64,000 nt of DNA from Promethearchaeota archaeon (GCA_016840085.1 JAEOTA010000058.1:1-64000), one strand, 5' to 3'; shown: positions 1 through 10,885, numbered from the stretch's first letter. Made by a program: numbers and translations. The notes: generated from the sequence alone by a model not told the origin.

Positions 1-2
1 AT

Positions 3-452
3 GAATGGGTAAACGATTTTAAAAAAATGAAAAAGGTGTTTAAATTCATACCGGCTTTTCTATTAAGGAAGTTGATATCAAAAAAACTTATGAAATTAAC
101 CAATGAAAACAAAGAAATGATTACTGAAATTCGGGAGGAGTTTAATTTTACAATGGCATTCGCAAAAGAAAGGTTTAGTAAAATAGAGAAAAGTGTTATA
201 CTATGCCAATCAATTCTCACAGGTGAATTCAATGGTGAAAAATACAATATTGAAGATTATTACGGGTGGGATGGTAAAGTTCTTATTTTTACAGCAAATG
301 ACGATCATGGATTTCCTTATCATGAGGAATTAAGAATTCAATATCCCAATGTGGAAGAAATAATATTTGAGAATGTAGGGCATATGGGCACTTTACTCAA
401 AAGAGATGAATATCATGCTATTTTAAATAGATTTTTAGATCTATTAAATTAA
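3..452 (+). CDS. Alpha/beta-hydrolase fold protein, C-terminal part (5'-truncated by window edge)
   Basis: Frame is open from position 3 (EWVNDFKKMKK...). 'VLIFTANDD' and 'FENVGHMG' match the acid and His catalytic-triad motifs of alpha/beta hydrolases. Confidence 0.65.
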   Translation, partial: EWVNDFKKMKKVFKFIPAFLLRKLISKKLMKLTNENKEMITEIREEFNFTMAFAKERFSKIEKSVILCQSILTGEFNGEKYNIEDYYGWDGKVLIFTANDDHGFPYHEELRIQYPNVEEIIFENVGHMGTLLKRDEYHAILNRFLDLLN

Positions 453-572
453 AAAAATGTTTCTTTTTGAGATTTAGATATTTCCATGATATCTAAATAA
501 AAGTTATAGTAAATTATATATATTGGTTACACCAAAATCATTAATTAAAACACTATTAATTAAAAAATACAT

Positions 573-1025
573 GTGTTAAATGAAATGTCAAGTGAAGAAC
601 CAAAAAAGCCAAGATTGCAAGGTTTTGCTGCTTTAGTTGGTAATTTAGTTAATTCTATTTGTGATACTCAAGAATGCAAAGAAATGATTGAAGGATTGAA
701 AACCCGAGTTCTTTTAAATAACAAAGAGGGAAAATGGGCAGCTTTAATTACTATTATTAATGATCAAATTACTGTCGAAGGAATTAAAAATGAACCTAAG
801 GAAAATATAAGCAGGAAAAAACTCAAATGGTGGGGCTTTTGGGAATTCCCTAATTTGCAAAATCTTATGACTGCTCGTGATTGGGGTGTTTATAAATGGA
901 TTTTTAAAACCGCAGGAGGAAAAGTAAAAGGTGCATCACAAATAGCGATGGTCGGTCGAATTTTAGCTTTAGGCATATCTAAAAGAGATGAACCTGACAA
1001 AGAACCAATTGAAATTAAGCCATAA
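573..1025 (+). CDS. Hypothetical protein, possibly SCP2/sterol-carrier-like fold
   Basis: Clean ORF. C-terminal 'GKVKG...MVGRIL' and a beta-rich core loosely resemble SCP2 domains. Confidence 0.4.
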   Translation: MLNEMSSEEPKKPRLQGFAALVGNLVNSICDTQECKEMIEGLKTRVLLNNKEGKWAALITIINDQITVEGIKNEPKENISRKKLKWWGFWEFPNLQNLMTARDWGVYKWIFKTAGGKVKGASQIAMVGRILALGISKRDEPDKEPIEIKP

Positions 1026-1173
1026 GTTTAATATAGTATATTTTAAGTCTAGATAAGAGAGAAAATAAAAATTCAAAACCTTACATTTTTTTATGAGATC
1101 TCCTTATTAAAATTCCTTAAGTTTATTTGTAGTAATAAGTTTAGAAAAAAAAATTAAAATTTAAATTAAGAAT

Positions 1174-2574
1174 TCACGTACGAAAGAGACCTGCTTCTTT
1201 GAGCTGTTTTACCAATTCCGCTTTTTTCTCTCCCTCGAGATCATAGAACTGTCTGAATATGAAACCCATAACGATTAATAAGATCATGGGGATCAATGCT
1301 CTATGAATCCGAACGCCCCACGTTGCAAGGGCAGTTTGAGCTGCAAGCTCTTCTGTTGCGACATAACCTGTTAAAACATGGACGACTGGAAGTATAACAC
1401 CTACGACGAGAAACGCAATACGGAAGAAAAAGTTCCTCATTCCAACAAATGTTGCGTCTTGTCGCCTCCCCATCTTTAAAGCGACTTCATCATAAGTGTC
1501 AGATGCAACAGGCATTAACATGATAACCTCACCTGAGTAGCAAACACCACCAATAACTGCAAAGATAGTAGCTGAATAAATATCACTTATGAATAAATAG
1601 GGTATGTAAGAAAGACCGTGTATGATAAAAGTAACCCAATATGTTTTCTTGAACCCATGTTTCCTAGCATAACTATACCAAAATGGTATTATTACTATAA
1701 AAGCTAGTGCACCTGCTATTGAAGGTAACATTGATAATGCATAATCCAATCCATATACATCTTTAAACATGTAAATTCCAGACGCACTCGCTAATTGTGT
1801 TGCCGTCGTGGCAACAGTGTACCCAATAAGAGAAACTACAAAATTTTTTGATGAAAAGGCAGTTTTCGTAACTTGGAAAAAATTTCTTTTTTCAGCAGTC
1901 TCATATTTATTAATGAACATCTCCTTCATCTCTTTTGATTCTCTTATCCCGGCAAATTGGAATAAATTGAAAATAAGTAGTAATATAACCATAATTAATG
2001 CATTGAGGACAAATGTCTGTGGTTTTCCATATTCTATAATCGTAGCTGCTATTATACTCATAACAGTCATAAATATACCCATAATTAATGCCGCTATTGA
2101 AAATGCTCTTCTCCGTTCAAATTCAGAAGGAAATTGGTTAGTAAAACCCCCATATACGTGGGCATTATAAATTGAAAAAAATGTATCAAACACACATGTT
2201 ATGATTATAAAGTAGAAAAAGAGAATCATTGCATCCCTAGATGGGGGTGTCCAGATAAAAATAAAAAGCAATAACATCGGGAAACTGCTAAGAACTATCC
2301 ATGGAGCTCGTAATCCCCATTTTCTCGTCCATTTAATAGGCTTATCTGTCATATAGCCCAATATTGGATCGTTAACCATGTTCCATACTGCAAAAATCAC
2401 ATACGCAATCATCACTAACATTGCAGGTAAAAGCATTTCAACCTCGTAAAAGTAAATAAGACGGGATAAACCCGCACCAAGTAAATAATTGACAACAAGA
2501 TAACCAAAACCATAAGACACCATTTTCCCTGTAGATGCTAATTCCCACTCGCTTAAATCTTCTTTAATCGCCAT
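1174..2574 (-). CDS. MFS transporter, glycoside-pentoside-hexuronide (MelB/GPH) family
   Basis: About 12 TM segments; 'WNMVNDPILGYMTD', 'WGLRAPWI', 'DTYDE..GRRQ' GPH motifs. Confidence 0.9.
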   Translation of the reverse strand: MAIKEDLSEWELASTGKMVSYGFGYLVVNYLLGAGLSRLIYFYEVEMLLPAMLVMIAYVIFAVWNMVNDPILGYMTDKPIKWTRKWGLRAPWIVLSSFPMLLLFIFIWTPPSRDAMILFFYFIIITCVFDTFFSIYNAHVYGGFTNQFPSEFERRRAFSIAALIMGIFMTVMSIIAATIIEYGKPQTFVLNALIMVILLLIFNLFQFAGIRESKEMKEMFINKYETAEKRNFFQVTKTAFSSKNFVVSLIGYTVATTATQLASASGIYMFKDVYGLDYALSMLPSIAGALAFIVIIPFWYSYARKHGFKKTYWVTFIIHGLSYIPYLFISDIYSATIFAVIGGVCYSGEVIMLMPVASDTYDEVALKMGRRQDATFVGMRNFFFRIAFLVVGVILPVVHVLTGYVATEELAAQTALATWGVRIHRALIPMILLIVMGFIFRQFYDLEGEKKAELVKQLKEAGLFRT

Positions 2575-2811
2575 AACTAATTCTCCATTAAATTTTCTTA
2601 ATTTTTAGATTATTAGAAAGATTTATTTTTTAGATATTTTTGTTAAATGAAGTATTATAGCTAAGATCTATATAAAACTTTCTCTTAAATGAATAATCAG
2701 GATATGAATATTATTATTAAATATCAACAGTAAATATAATTTGAAGAAAAAAGATACTTGATCAATAGAAAAAAAAATATAGTAAAAGCAAAAAAGAATA
2801 TTAAATATAAT

Positions 2812-2991
2812 CTACTTCAAACGGTGTTTTTGGAAGAACTTCTGCTCCTTAAACTCCTCATAAAACTGCTCAATATACTCAGTAATTTGCATTCTAAAAT
2901 GCTTATATTCCTCTGTATCTTCAAAAAGGTCTACGGGTATCCGAAACGTAGTTGTTTTTGTCTTCTTTTCAAATTTAAACCCTCGTCCCAT
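2812..2991 (-). CDS. Small 59-aa protein absent from ORF track, ribbon-helix-helix-like
   Basis: Manual translation: MGRGFKFEKKTKTTTFRIPVDLFEDTEEYKHFRMQITEYIEQFYEEFKEQKFFQKHRLK*. 'TTTFRIP..L' resembles the RHH beta-strand followed by helices. Confidence 0.55.
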   Translation of the reverse strand: MGRGFKFEKKTKTTTFRIPVDLFEDTEEYKHFRMQITEYIEQFYEEFKEQKFFQKHRLK

Positions 2992-3096
2992 ACAAAATCA
3001 AAAACTCTATTCGTTTCTCAAATCAATACTATGATTAGTAAAAATGAAAAATTATAAACTCCAATATTTTACAAAAAAGAGTAACGCGCAATAAAT

Positions 3097-3148
3097 TGTG
3101 TGCTACGCAAAATCTCTATTCTCTCTCCCTCTACTTCCGACACTAATT
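3097..3148. repeat. Degenerate direct repeat copy A (TGTGCTAC box plus pyrimidine tract)
   Basis: 37/52 ungapped identity to 3827-3878; most mismatches are transitions. Confidence 0.6.
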
Positions 3149-3167
3149 TGTGTAAAATTACCTTGTT

Positions 3168-3572
3168 TCAAAAGATTACATTATTTCTCCGAAATTCTAA
3201 TTGCAATTCGATAAAACTAATAATTCCACCAATAAATAATAGCAACATTGGGAGTGAAATATAAAATGATTCAAGTAAAGATTTAAAAAAATCTACAAAA
3301 AAAGTAGAGGGATTAGGTAAATACATATATAGTAAAAATAGAGGAAAACTGATTCCTGCGAGTAAACATAAATAAGTACCGATTCTTATGCCAATAAATC
3401 CTAAAATTGCTCCAACTATAGCACCCACATTAATAAAGAGATAAAAAAGAAAACCTAGTACACCTTCCCCACCAAATTTCCACATCACATAATAATTTCT
3501 GAAAAAAAAATAAGTTAAAATAAAAAATAAAATACCACCACTCATGCTTAAAATTAATCCTATTTTCGACAA
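3168..3572 (-). CDS. Hypothetical 4-TM membrane protein
   Basis: Four hydrophobic Gly-rich segments; TTG start preceded by GGGAGAG. Confidence 0.6.
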   Translation of the reverse strand: MSKIGLILSMSGGILFFILTYFFFRNYYVMWKFGGEGVLGFLFYLFINVGAIVGAILGFIGIRIGTYLCLLAGISFPLFLLYMYLPNPSTFFVDFFKSLLESFYISLPMLLLFIGGIISFIELQLEFRRNNVIF

Positions 3573-3806
3573 TTCTCTCCCGTTTTTGAATAGTAATTAG
3601 GAAATCTTTATTTCTATAATTTCATAATCATCATTATGCTTCTAACATAGGCACTAATTTTCATGGATAGCTTCCACTCTACATAATCCAAATAGTACCT
3701 AAGGTAACTTATGAAGGGTGGATTATTAATAATTATAGTTCGAGTGTAATAAAAATTCTAGAACTCTCTACATCCAAACATCTATAAACTCAAATAATTC
3801 ACAATT

Positions 3807-3925
3807 ATATGAAACATATAATTTCATATGTGCTACATAAACTTTTTATCCTTTCCTTTTCTACTCCCCACCCTAATTCCGTAGCACATAAAAATCAGCT
3901 TTGTATTTTACTTTTGTATACAAAA
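3807..3925. repeat. Cluster of inverted repeats / repeat copy B
   Basis: ATATGAAA/TTTCATAT (3807-3829); perfect 10-bp IR TATGTGCTAC (3827-3836)/GTAGCACATA (3881-3890); palindrome TTTTGTATACAAAA (3912-3925). Confidence 0.7.
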
Positions 3926-4940
3926 ACCAACGATAAAATCGCGAAAATCCCTCAAAACCCCCAAAAAAGAGATCATTTGCATAACCCTCTTTTTCAGCAA
4001 CCTTATGAACATTTTGGTAACATTCCTCAAATGTATTCCCAGGATACATATTATCAATAAGAGTATAACATAATTGCTCAAAAACTTCATTGAATCTCAT
4101 GAGCTCAGAAGGACAAGATCCAAGAATATAATTATGACTTAGATCTCCTAAATAACATCCATATTCACTGTGCAGGTCTACGAGTAAGGATTCTCCTTCT
4201 TTAACTTCTTTATTTGTTGCAGGTGTGCATCCATTGAACGTCCAGCTTGCCCGATAGCCTGATCCAATCTCCTGACTACCTGTAAATGCCCATTCATAAT
4301 TACTACCTGCTTTTCTCATGGCTAATGTCCCTATTCCAGCAATTTCATTTTCAGTAAATACTTTCCCTTCAGGACGTTCACTCAATTCTTTCTTAACAAC
4401 TTCTTGTCCAATATCGGTAATTTCACTTGCTTTACGTAACATTGCAATCTCTTCTGGTTCCTTAATGAACTGGATTCTTTCGGTTTTATCATTGAAATCG
4501 ACTAATTCACATCCATGAAACATCTTCTTGAGTAATTCTGCTTCAGTGTAGGAAAGCATTTGACCAGTAATGCAAATATCTGTTCCCAATTCGACACCAA
4601 TTCTCGGTGGAGTACCTTTTGGGTTGTACACACCTTCTTTCTTCGCTGATTTTTGTAGTTTCTTTTCCCAATAAAACCCTTTCATCGGACCCCATCCACT
4701 TACTTTCTTTAAATTCCCCTCTGCTCTTATTCTTTCTACATCTAATAATACAGTAAATAATTCTGGTTCTCCCATTCCTTCTTTTGGTAAAAAAATATAG
4801 CTCTTCCAAGGAACAAAACAACCTGCAAGATAAGTTATAGATTTAACCCTTGAAAGTACACAGAAATCAAGGTTCAAATCTTCCATTGCTGCTTGATACT
4901 TTTTTATATGTCCTTTCCAATCTATCTGAGTTTCACTCAT
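3873..4940 (-). pseudogene. Xaa-Pro aminopeptidase (M24 family), 3'-truncated
   Basis: Creatinase N-domain, 'IKEPEEIAMLRKA' and metal-ligand Asp residues ('LVDL...GDLSH') are present. After 'GYANDL' the expected HGxGH and two Glu ligands are missing and the frame runs into unrelated sequence. Confidence 0.7.
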
Positions 4941-5062
4941 TTTAGTCAGTATATATTTTTTAGTGATAATAATTTTGATGATTGTTTATTTAAAATTAAA
5001 CAATCCGTAATAATCTTTATACTTAGTTAAAAGGAGTAGAGAGGTATAAAAAAAATATTATT

Positions 5063-7372
5063 TTACTTATAAAAATCTGCTTTAGATTCACTAATATTTC
5101 GAGATTCTGTTAATTGTTTAGCCATATTTTCATATCTATCAATGATTTCTTTAGGTAGTGTTGATTTTATCTTAGATAAAGCGAAATCAAAATGCTTATT
5201 TTCAATTCTATCTAAAGTTGTCATTTTTTCTCTAATGGCTTGCATACCTGCTTCACGGCATACATTTTCTAAATCTGCTCCACTATAACCCTCTGTTTTC
5301 TGTGCTATATTCTCTAAAGAAATGTCTTCTGATAATGGCATATATTTCGAATGAACTTTTAGGATTTTTAATCTAGCATTGTAATCAGGAGCTTCTACAA
5401 AAATTAAGCGATCAAATCTTCCAGGTCTTAAAAATGCAGGATCAACAATATCAGGACGATTAGTACTTGCTATAATTACAATTCCTTTTCTATTTTCAAT
5501 ACCATCCATCTCAACCAAAATCTGATTTACTATTGATGCGAATGTATGTGTGGTTTCATAAGCGCCTCTTCCGGAAGATATTGCATCTATTTCATCAAAA
5601 TATATTATTGAAGGTGCTGCCTGACGTGCTTTACGAAATATCTCTCTTACTGCTTTCTCGCTTTCCCCAACCCATTTAGAAAATATTTCTGGACCTTTTA
5701 TTGCTATAAAATTTGATTGACTTTCAGTGGAGATAGCTTTGGCTAAAAGAGTTTTTCCACAACCAGGGGGTCCAAAAAGAAGGATCCCATTTAATGGGCG
5801 TATACCTGCTTTTTCAAACAATTTCGGGTATTTCAATGGCCATTCTACAGCTTCCTTTAATTCTTCTTTAATTTCTTCTAGACCTCCAATATCATCCCAC
5901 GACACATCAGGAACTTCAACCATAACTTCTCGCATAGCTGAAGGCTCAATTAAATTAGTCGATTTAACAAAATCATCATCTTTTATTTTTAATTCTTGAA
6001 TAACTTCACTTGGAATCGGTTCATCCAAATTTATTTTTGGTAATACTCTTCTTAATGAAAACATCGCAGCTTCTCTACATATTGCCATGATATCTGCTCC
6101 AACAAAGCCATGTGTAATTTCAGCATAATTATCAAGATTAACATCATCCTCAAGTGGCATCCCTCTTGTATGTATTTGGAATATTTCTTTTCTACCTTTA
6201 ACATTTGGAACTCCAAATTCGATCTCCCTGTCGAATCTTCCAGGTCTTCTTAACGCCTCTTCAATTGCATTTACTCTATTTGTAGCTCCAACGCAAATTA
6301 TTTCCCCTCTACCACGCAAGCCATCCATTAAGGATAAGAGTTGAGAAACTACACGTCTTTCAACTTCGCCAGATGTATCTACTCTCTTTGGAGCAATTGA
6401 ATCGATTTCATCAATAAAAATAATTGATGGTGCATTTTCTTCAGCTTCTCTAAAAATATCACGTAATCTCCCTTCACTTGCTCCATAAAATTTACTCATT
6501 ATTTCTGGACCATTAATAGTGATGAAATTTGCATTAGATTCTTGAGACACAGCTTTTGCCATGAGTGTTTTACCTGTTCCTGAAGGACCATAAAATAAAA
6601 CTCCCTTAGGAGGATCGATGTTTAAACGATGGAACAGTTCAGGATGTTTTATTGGTAATTCAACCATTTCTCTAATCCTCTGAATTTCATCTGTTAATCC
6701 CCCGACATCATCGTAAGTGACAACTCCTCCAGAAACATTTAGGACAGCAACTCTTTTATTAACTTTTATTATAGTATCACGGGTAATTTTTACAATTCTA
6801 TCTTGTGGTTTTAGATTTTCAACGAGTAATCTTAGTGTTCCTAAAGTTGGTCTTTTTTTCCCTCCAAATTGAAAAAACTTCATTATATCAGACATAGGGT
6901 TTTCTTCATCTTCTCTATGAACAAATGTACCTAAAACTTCAACTATATCACCGATAACTACTGGTTTATCAATCAATTTGCCTTTAATCGCTTCTGCTTG
7001 TCTTTTTAAATCAATATTCGGTCTAGTAGGTGTTAATACAATTTCACGAGCAGGATATACTTCAGTAACCTTTATTGATACATATTCACCAATAGTTGCA
7101 CCTGCGTTAAGCCTTTGAAGTCCATCAAGACGTATTACTCCTTTTCCCCTATCATTAGAACTAGATACTGCAATAGCAGTAGTTTTTTTCTTACCTCTAA
7201 TTTCAATGATATCTCCAGTGTTCAATCCAAGATTAAACATTTCATCTTGATCGATATAACATAACGAGCGTCCACTCCGACTCTTTTCTAACCTTTCAAT
7301 TCTTAACTTAACAACATTCTTAATTTCTCTTTCTTGTGTCATTTTTAACTTCTTTAAAAATAAATCATGCAA
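5063..7372 (-). CDS. cdc48: Cdc48/VCP/p97 family AAA+ ATPase
   Basis: N-domain, two AAA modules ([27 protein letters not shown]), C-terminal HbYX 'FYK'. True start may be MTQERE. Confidence 0.97.
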   Translation of the reverse strand: MHDLFLKKLKMTQEREIKNVVKLRIERLEKSRSGRSLCYIDQDEMFNLGLNTGDIIEIRGKKKTTAIAVSSSNDRGKGVIRLDGLQRLNAGATIGEYVSIKVTEVYPAREIVLTPTRPNIDLKRQAEAIKGKLIDKPVVIGDIVEVLGTFVHREDEENPMSDIMKFFQFGGKKRPTLGTLRLLVENLKPQDRIVKITRDTIIKVNKRVAVLNVSGGVVTYDDVGGLTDEIQRIREMVELPIKHPELFHRLNIDPPKGVLFYGPSGTGKTLMAKAVSQESNANFITINGPEIMSKFYGASEGRLRDIFREAEENAPSIIFIDEIDSIAPKRVDTSGEVERRVVSQLLSLMDGLRGRGEIICVGATNRVNAIEEALRRPGRFDREIEFGVPNVKGRKEIFQIHTRGMPLEDDVNLDNYAEITHGFVGADIMAICREAAMFSLRRVLPKINLDEPIPSEVIQELKIKDDDFVKSTNLIEPSAMREVMVEVPDVSWDDIGGLEEIKEELKEAVEWPLKYPKLFEKAGIRPLNGILLFGPPGCGKTLLAKAISTESQSNFIAIKGPEIFSKWVGESEKAVREIFRKARQAAPSIIYFDEIDAISSGRGAYETTHTFASIVNQILVEMDGIENRKGIVIIASTNRPDIVDPAFLRPGRFDRLIFVEAPDYNARLKILKVHSKYMPLSEDISLENIAQKTEGYSGADLENVCREAGMQAIREKMTTLDRIENKHFDFALSKIKSTLPKEIIDRYENMAKQLTESRNISESKADFYK

Positions 7373-7458
7373 ATAAATTATCTAAATACAAGTAATTAAA
7401 GTTATTATGGTTTATTTTCTTTTTCTTTAATTTTTATAAAAATTAATCATAAGAACCC

Positions 7459-8259
7459 TTAAGTTATTTTTATATTTAGATTTCTTTCTAAATAACTCTT
7501 AAAATCTTTATAAATTTTGGGTTCACTTAATACTTTATTCTTATTAATTCTTATAAATAATTTTCTCAATTTAATAATCTCATTCTTTAAATCAGTATAA
7601 TTAGGATTTTGTAAAAGCTTTCCTACATATATTCTTGTAAATTTATCTAAATTCTCATTATCTATACTTGAAAAAGTTTTTATACTTTCTTCTTTTTTTA
7701 AATTATTTTCTGCTATTTTATTTTTTTTTAATAATTCCTCTATAAGTTCTTCAATTTCTTTATCAATATCTTTGATTTGAGAAAGATCGTATTGAGCTTC
7801 GGGTAAATCCCAATAATATTTGTTAAAATAATCAAACTTTTTGTAAATTTTTTTAATAATTTTGCTTGGAATAGGTTCTCCTCTTATTTTATTCCATTTT
7901 ATACACACTTCAATAGGCGTGGCAATATGTATTATAAAAAAGGTAACATCAAATTTTTCAGCAATCTTTTTTATGTCATGTCTCATACTTGAGAAATAAT
8001 TTAGATCATCACTAATAACGATAAATTTGCTTTGCAATTCTTTCTCAATGGCTTTTAGATTTTCTGCTCTTACTATAGGTTCTTCTTTGTGATTAAATTT
8101 ATCGGGGGTTATACTTTTTCTTATTTTATCAGGATCAATTATTTTAACTGTTGATTTACCTAATCTCTTCTCAAGCAGCATTTTTAACTTATTAGCAAAT
8201 ATCGATTTACCAGAAGCGGGTAGTCCAGCTAAGCATATTATGAAATTTTTGTTATACAC
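7459..8259 (-). CDS. pstK: O-phosphoseryl-tRNA(Sec) kinase (PSTK; KTI12/PSTK family)
   Basis: 'GLPASGKS', 'DDLNYFSSMR', 'RGEPIP..IIKKIYKKFD...YYWD.P' and a helical C-domain ('LDKFTR', 'LRKLFI') match archaeal PSTK. Confidence 0.85.
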   Translation of the reverse strand: MYNKNFIICLAGLPASGKSIFANKLKMLLEKRLGKSTVKIIDPDKIRKSITPDKFNHKEEPIVRAENLKAIEKELQSKFIVISDDLNYFSSMRHDIKKIAEKFDVTFFIIHIATPIEVCIKWNKIRGEPIPSKIIKKIYKKFDYFNKYYWDLPEAQYDLSQIKDIDKEIEELIEELLKKNKIAENNLKKEESIKTFSSIDNENLDKFTRIYVGKLLQNPNYTDLKNEIIKLRKLFIRINKNKVLSEPKIYKDFKSYLERNLNIKIT

Positions 8260-8272
8260 TGATTATTTCAAC

Positions 8273-8542
8273 TTACTTAATGTTTATACTATTTATCAAT
8301 TCTCTCTTTTGACTTCTTGAAAATGATTTTATCTCTAACTCTCTCCTCATTGCTTCTTTTCTAGTTGGAAAGGTCTCAAAATACTTTATCTCAATATGCT
8401 TTTTTCCCCGACAAAATTTGGCTCCAATCCCAGTTCGATGTTCATTCCATCTTCTATACAAATTATTGGTGTATCCTGTATAATACCATTTCTTTCCTTT
8501 TTTTGAGATGGTTTCTAAAATATATACATAATAAACATTCAT
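8273..8542 (-). CDS. GIY-YIG nuclease family protein (UPF0213/YhbQ-like)
   Basis: 'YYVYIL...YTGYTNNLYRRWNEH..G.GAKF', 'EAMRRE..IK'. Confidence 0.92.
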   Translation of the reverse strand: MNVYYVYILETISKKGKKWYYTGYTNNLYRRWNEHRTGIGAKFCRGKKHIEIKYFETFPTRKEAMRRELEIKSFSRSQKRELINSINIK

Positions 8543-8786
8543 CTATTATCCTCTAAGTCATAAATTGCTCTAAGATTATTTATTTTTTTAGTTATACTCA
8601 TCATTTAGAATGATTTAATTTTAGCTAATCCTCACGTCTAAATACTATGATATTATTTTTGATTAATTAATAAGTAAAGAACTAAATTTTTATTACTAAA
8701 AACGATATTATTTTATTAATAAGTTTATTTTTCGGGTAAGTGCAATAAAAGCATATTTTTAAAAAAATAAAGAAAGCTAATTTATT

Positions 8787-9425
8787 ATGCCATCGGGTAT
8801 CTTTCTAATTAAATGGGATGAAGTATTAGGCGGAACCATTTATATGCGATACCCAGAAGACTTAGAAATCCCAGATCCTGTTGTTCAACAAATCACCATA
8901 TCCCATAATTTTACAGAATCCTATATCATTACTGAAGAAAAACAATGGAATTCTGTTTCTTATTATAATGAAAATAAAGAAATTATAATTGTTTTAGTCC
9001 TAAGGGGTAGATATGAAGATGGAAATGATTATTTGGAACTTCTAGAAGAATTCAATAAAGAACTTGATAAGGATACTCAAGAAGAGAAATTAAAGAAACG
9101 TTTGGAAAATATGTTTAATCTTAGCTTAGATGCTTTTCGCGTTACTGATCAAGTAATAACAAAATTAAGTAATGAAGTAGCTGAATTAAAGACTAAGGAG
9201 TATGATTGGGAATTAAAATTCGAAAAAGTATTAAACTCAGATCAATTAACAGTAAAAAGTAGAATTCTATTCCTATTAACAGTAAATGAAGGTTTAAGTT
9301 TTAATGATATAAAAAAGCTTACACAAACTAGTAATCGATGGTTACAGAGTGTACTTGAAACACTTACAAAAACCGATATGATTGGATATAATTCTACAAA
9401 AGATCTCTATTATTTAAACATATGA
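8787..9425 (+). CDS. uDENN/longin-like domain + coiled coil + winged helix protein
   Basis: N-term 'GIFLIKWDEVLGGTIYMRYPE' resembles the uDENN/NPRL2 start; C-term 'RILFLL..EGLSFNDIKK...LQSVLETL...MIGY' is a wHTH pattern. Confidence 0.55.
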   Translation: MPSGIFLIKWDEVLGGTIYMRYPEDLEIPDPVVQQITISHNFTESYIITEEKQWNSVSYYNENKEIIIVLVLRGRYEDGNDYLELLEEFNKELDKDTQEEKLKKRLENMFNLSLDAFRVTDQVITKLSNEVAELKTKEYDWELKFEKVLNSDQLTVKSRILFLLTVNEGLSFNDIKKLTQTSNRWLQSVLETLTKTDMIGYNSTKDLYYLNI

Positions 9426-9700
9426 AAGAATTAAGAATCATCATAAAAGTATTTGGACTTGTACAAGGGGTTTTCTTTAGATATACCACTCGAAAGGTTG
9501 CTCGAAAATTAGGGTTAACGGGGCATGTTAAAAATTTACCTGATGGGTGCGTATATATTGAAGCAGAAGGTCCTAAAGATAAATTATTCGAATTATTGGA
9601 ATTTTCTAAAAAAGGACCGAGACATGCTCAAGTAGAAAAAGTGGAACATGAAATTTTGGAGCCTAAACATCAATATAAAGGATTTGACTATGAATTTTAG
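9422..9700 (+). CDS. acyP: Acylphosphatase
   Basis: 'GLVQGVFFR', 'LTGHVKNLPDG.V...AEG', 'GPRHAQV'. ATGA overlap with upstream gene. Confidence 0.95.
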   Translation: MKELRIIIKVFGLVQGVFFRYTTRKVARKLGLTGHVKNLPDGCVYIEAEGPKDKLFELLEFSKKGPRHAQVEKVEHEILEPKHQYKGFDYEF

Positions 9701-9717
9701 CTTTAAATAATCACCTA

Positions 9718-10116
9718 GTGCATTATAATACTAGGATATTACTTTTTTTCAATAATGATATTTTAAATACATTATTTATGTCGGTATCGTTTAAGAGATA
9801 TAAATATCTGAAAGAATTCAAATTATTGCATCATAATAGCATTAAATTTCAGACTCCACTGATTTTAAGGATGTTTGGTGCATTGAATGAAGTAAATATG
9901 AGAAAAGAAAATAGATATATCTTATGTAATTTTCTTGATCAACATAGCGACCAAATGGGGCTCGATGAAAATATATATGAAGTTAATAATCAGAGAACTT
10001 TAAATCAGTTATTTATTTTAGCTTTTAATAAGGCGAAAGAATTCAAGTTACTTGATGCATTATATGATGAATATATCAATTCAATTAATGCTATAAATAG
10101 TAAGAAAGCTATTTGA
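9718..10116 (+). CDS. Hypothetical protein (probable start 9778)
   Basis: ORF with natural composition from MSVSFKRY; no family recognised. Confidence 0.6.
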   Translation: MHYNTRILLFFNNDILNTLFMSVSFKRYKYLKEFKLLHHNSIKFQTPLILRMFGALNEVNMRKENRYILCNFLDQHSDQMGLDENIYEVNNQRTLNQLFILAFNKAKEFKLLDALYDEYINSINAINSKKAI

Positions 10117-10222
10117 ATAATAATTATAATTTAAATCCATAGTATAGTTTTCACTAGACCTAATTCATATTAACTATAATGACTAATGGAAAAGAGAAAA
10201 TAATAAAAAATTTAAAAAAATT

Positions 10223-10885
10223 TTAAATAAAAGTAATATCTTGGTATTCAGAATTTCCAATGTCTTTTTTAGCCACGCCTAACTCTCTAACCTGTTGATT
10301 TAATTTTAAAACAGCATCTCTTACAATCTCTTTTCGCTTTGCACCTGTACAGACTATACGTCCTGTGCTGAATATCAAGAAAACAGTCTTAGGATCTTGC
10401 ATTCGATAAATTAATCCGGGAAATACTTCGGGTTCATACATAGCGTATTCCATCACGATTGCTGCCATGTTTAAATCAATATTCGTGTGCAGATCTCCAG
10501 AAGCCACTATATTTTGAATTGTAATCTCGGGATTAGCTAATTTTATTCCAGCTTTTCTAATATTTTTTACAACCTTCTCTACAACTCTTTCTGCTTCAGA
10601 TGCTTGTCTAAGTCCTGTTACGACCATTTTTCCAGTTGAAAATATTAAAATTGTCGCACGGGGTTTTTCTATACGCATGACTAAACCGGGAAAACGTTCT
10701 GGATTATATTCTACATCCGCATGTCGTCTTGCTATTTGATTTAGATCTATTTTTTCTGTAATTTCTACAACAACAGTAGCTACAACGTTCTCAATTTTAT
10801 AGTCTAAATCAGATTCATCCTCAAGTTCCCCTTCTTCACCTTCTTCTTCAAATTCTTCGTCAACTTCATTCTCTTCTTTTGACAT
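10223..10885 (-). CDS. tbp: TATA-box binding protein
   Basis: Two TBP repeats: 'IENVVA...YNPERFPGL...LIFSTGKMVVTG' and 'IQNIVAS...YEPEVFPGL...LIFSTGRIVCTG'. Confidence 0.99.
   Translation of the reverse strand: MSKEENEVDEEFEEEGEEGELEDESDLDYKIENVVATVVVEITEKIDLNQIARRHADVEYNPERFPGLVMRIEKPRATILIFSTGKMVVTGLRQASEAERVVEKVVKNIRKAGIKLANPEITIQNIVASGDLHTNIDLNMAAIVMEYAMYEPEVFPGLIYRMQDPKTVFLIFSTGRIVCTGAKRKEIVRDAVLKLNQQVRELGVAKKDIGNSEYQDITFI

Noticed and set aside
2758-3057. 99-aa plus-strand ORF
   Set aside because: TTG start and implausible composition; it overlaps the better 59-aa minus-strand ORF.
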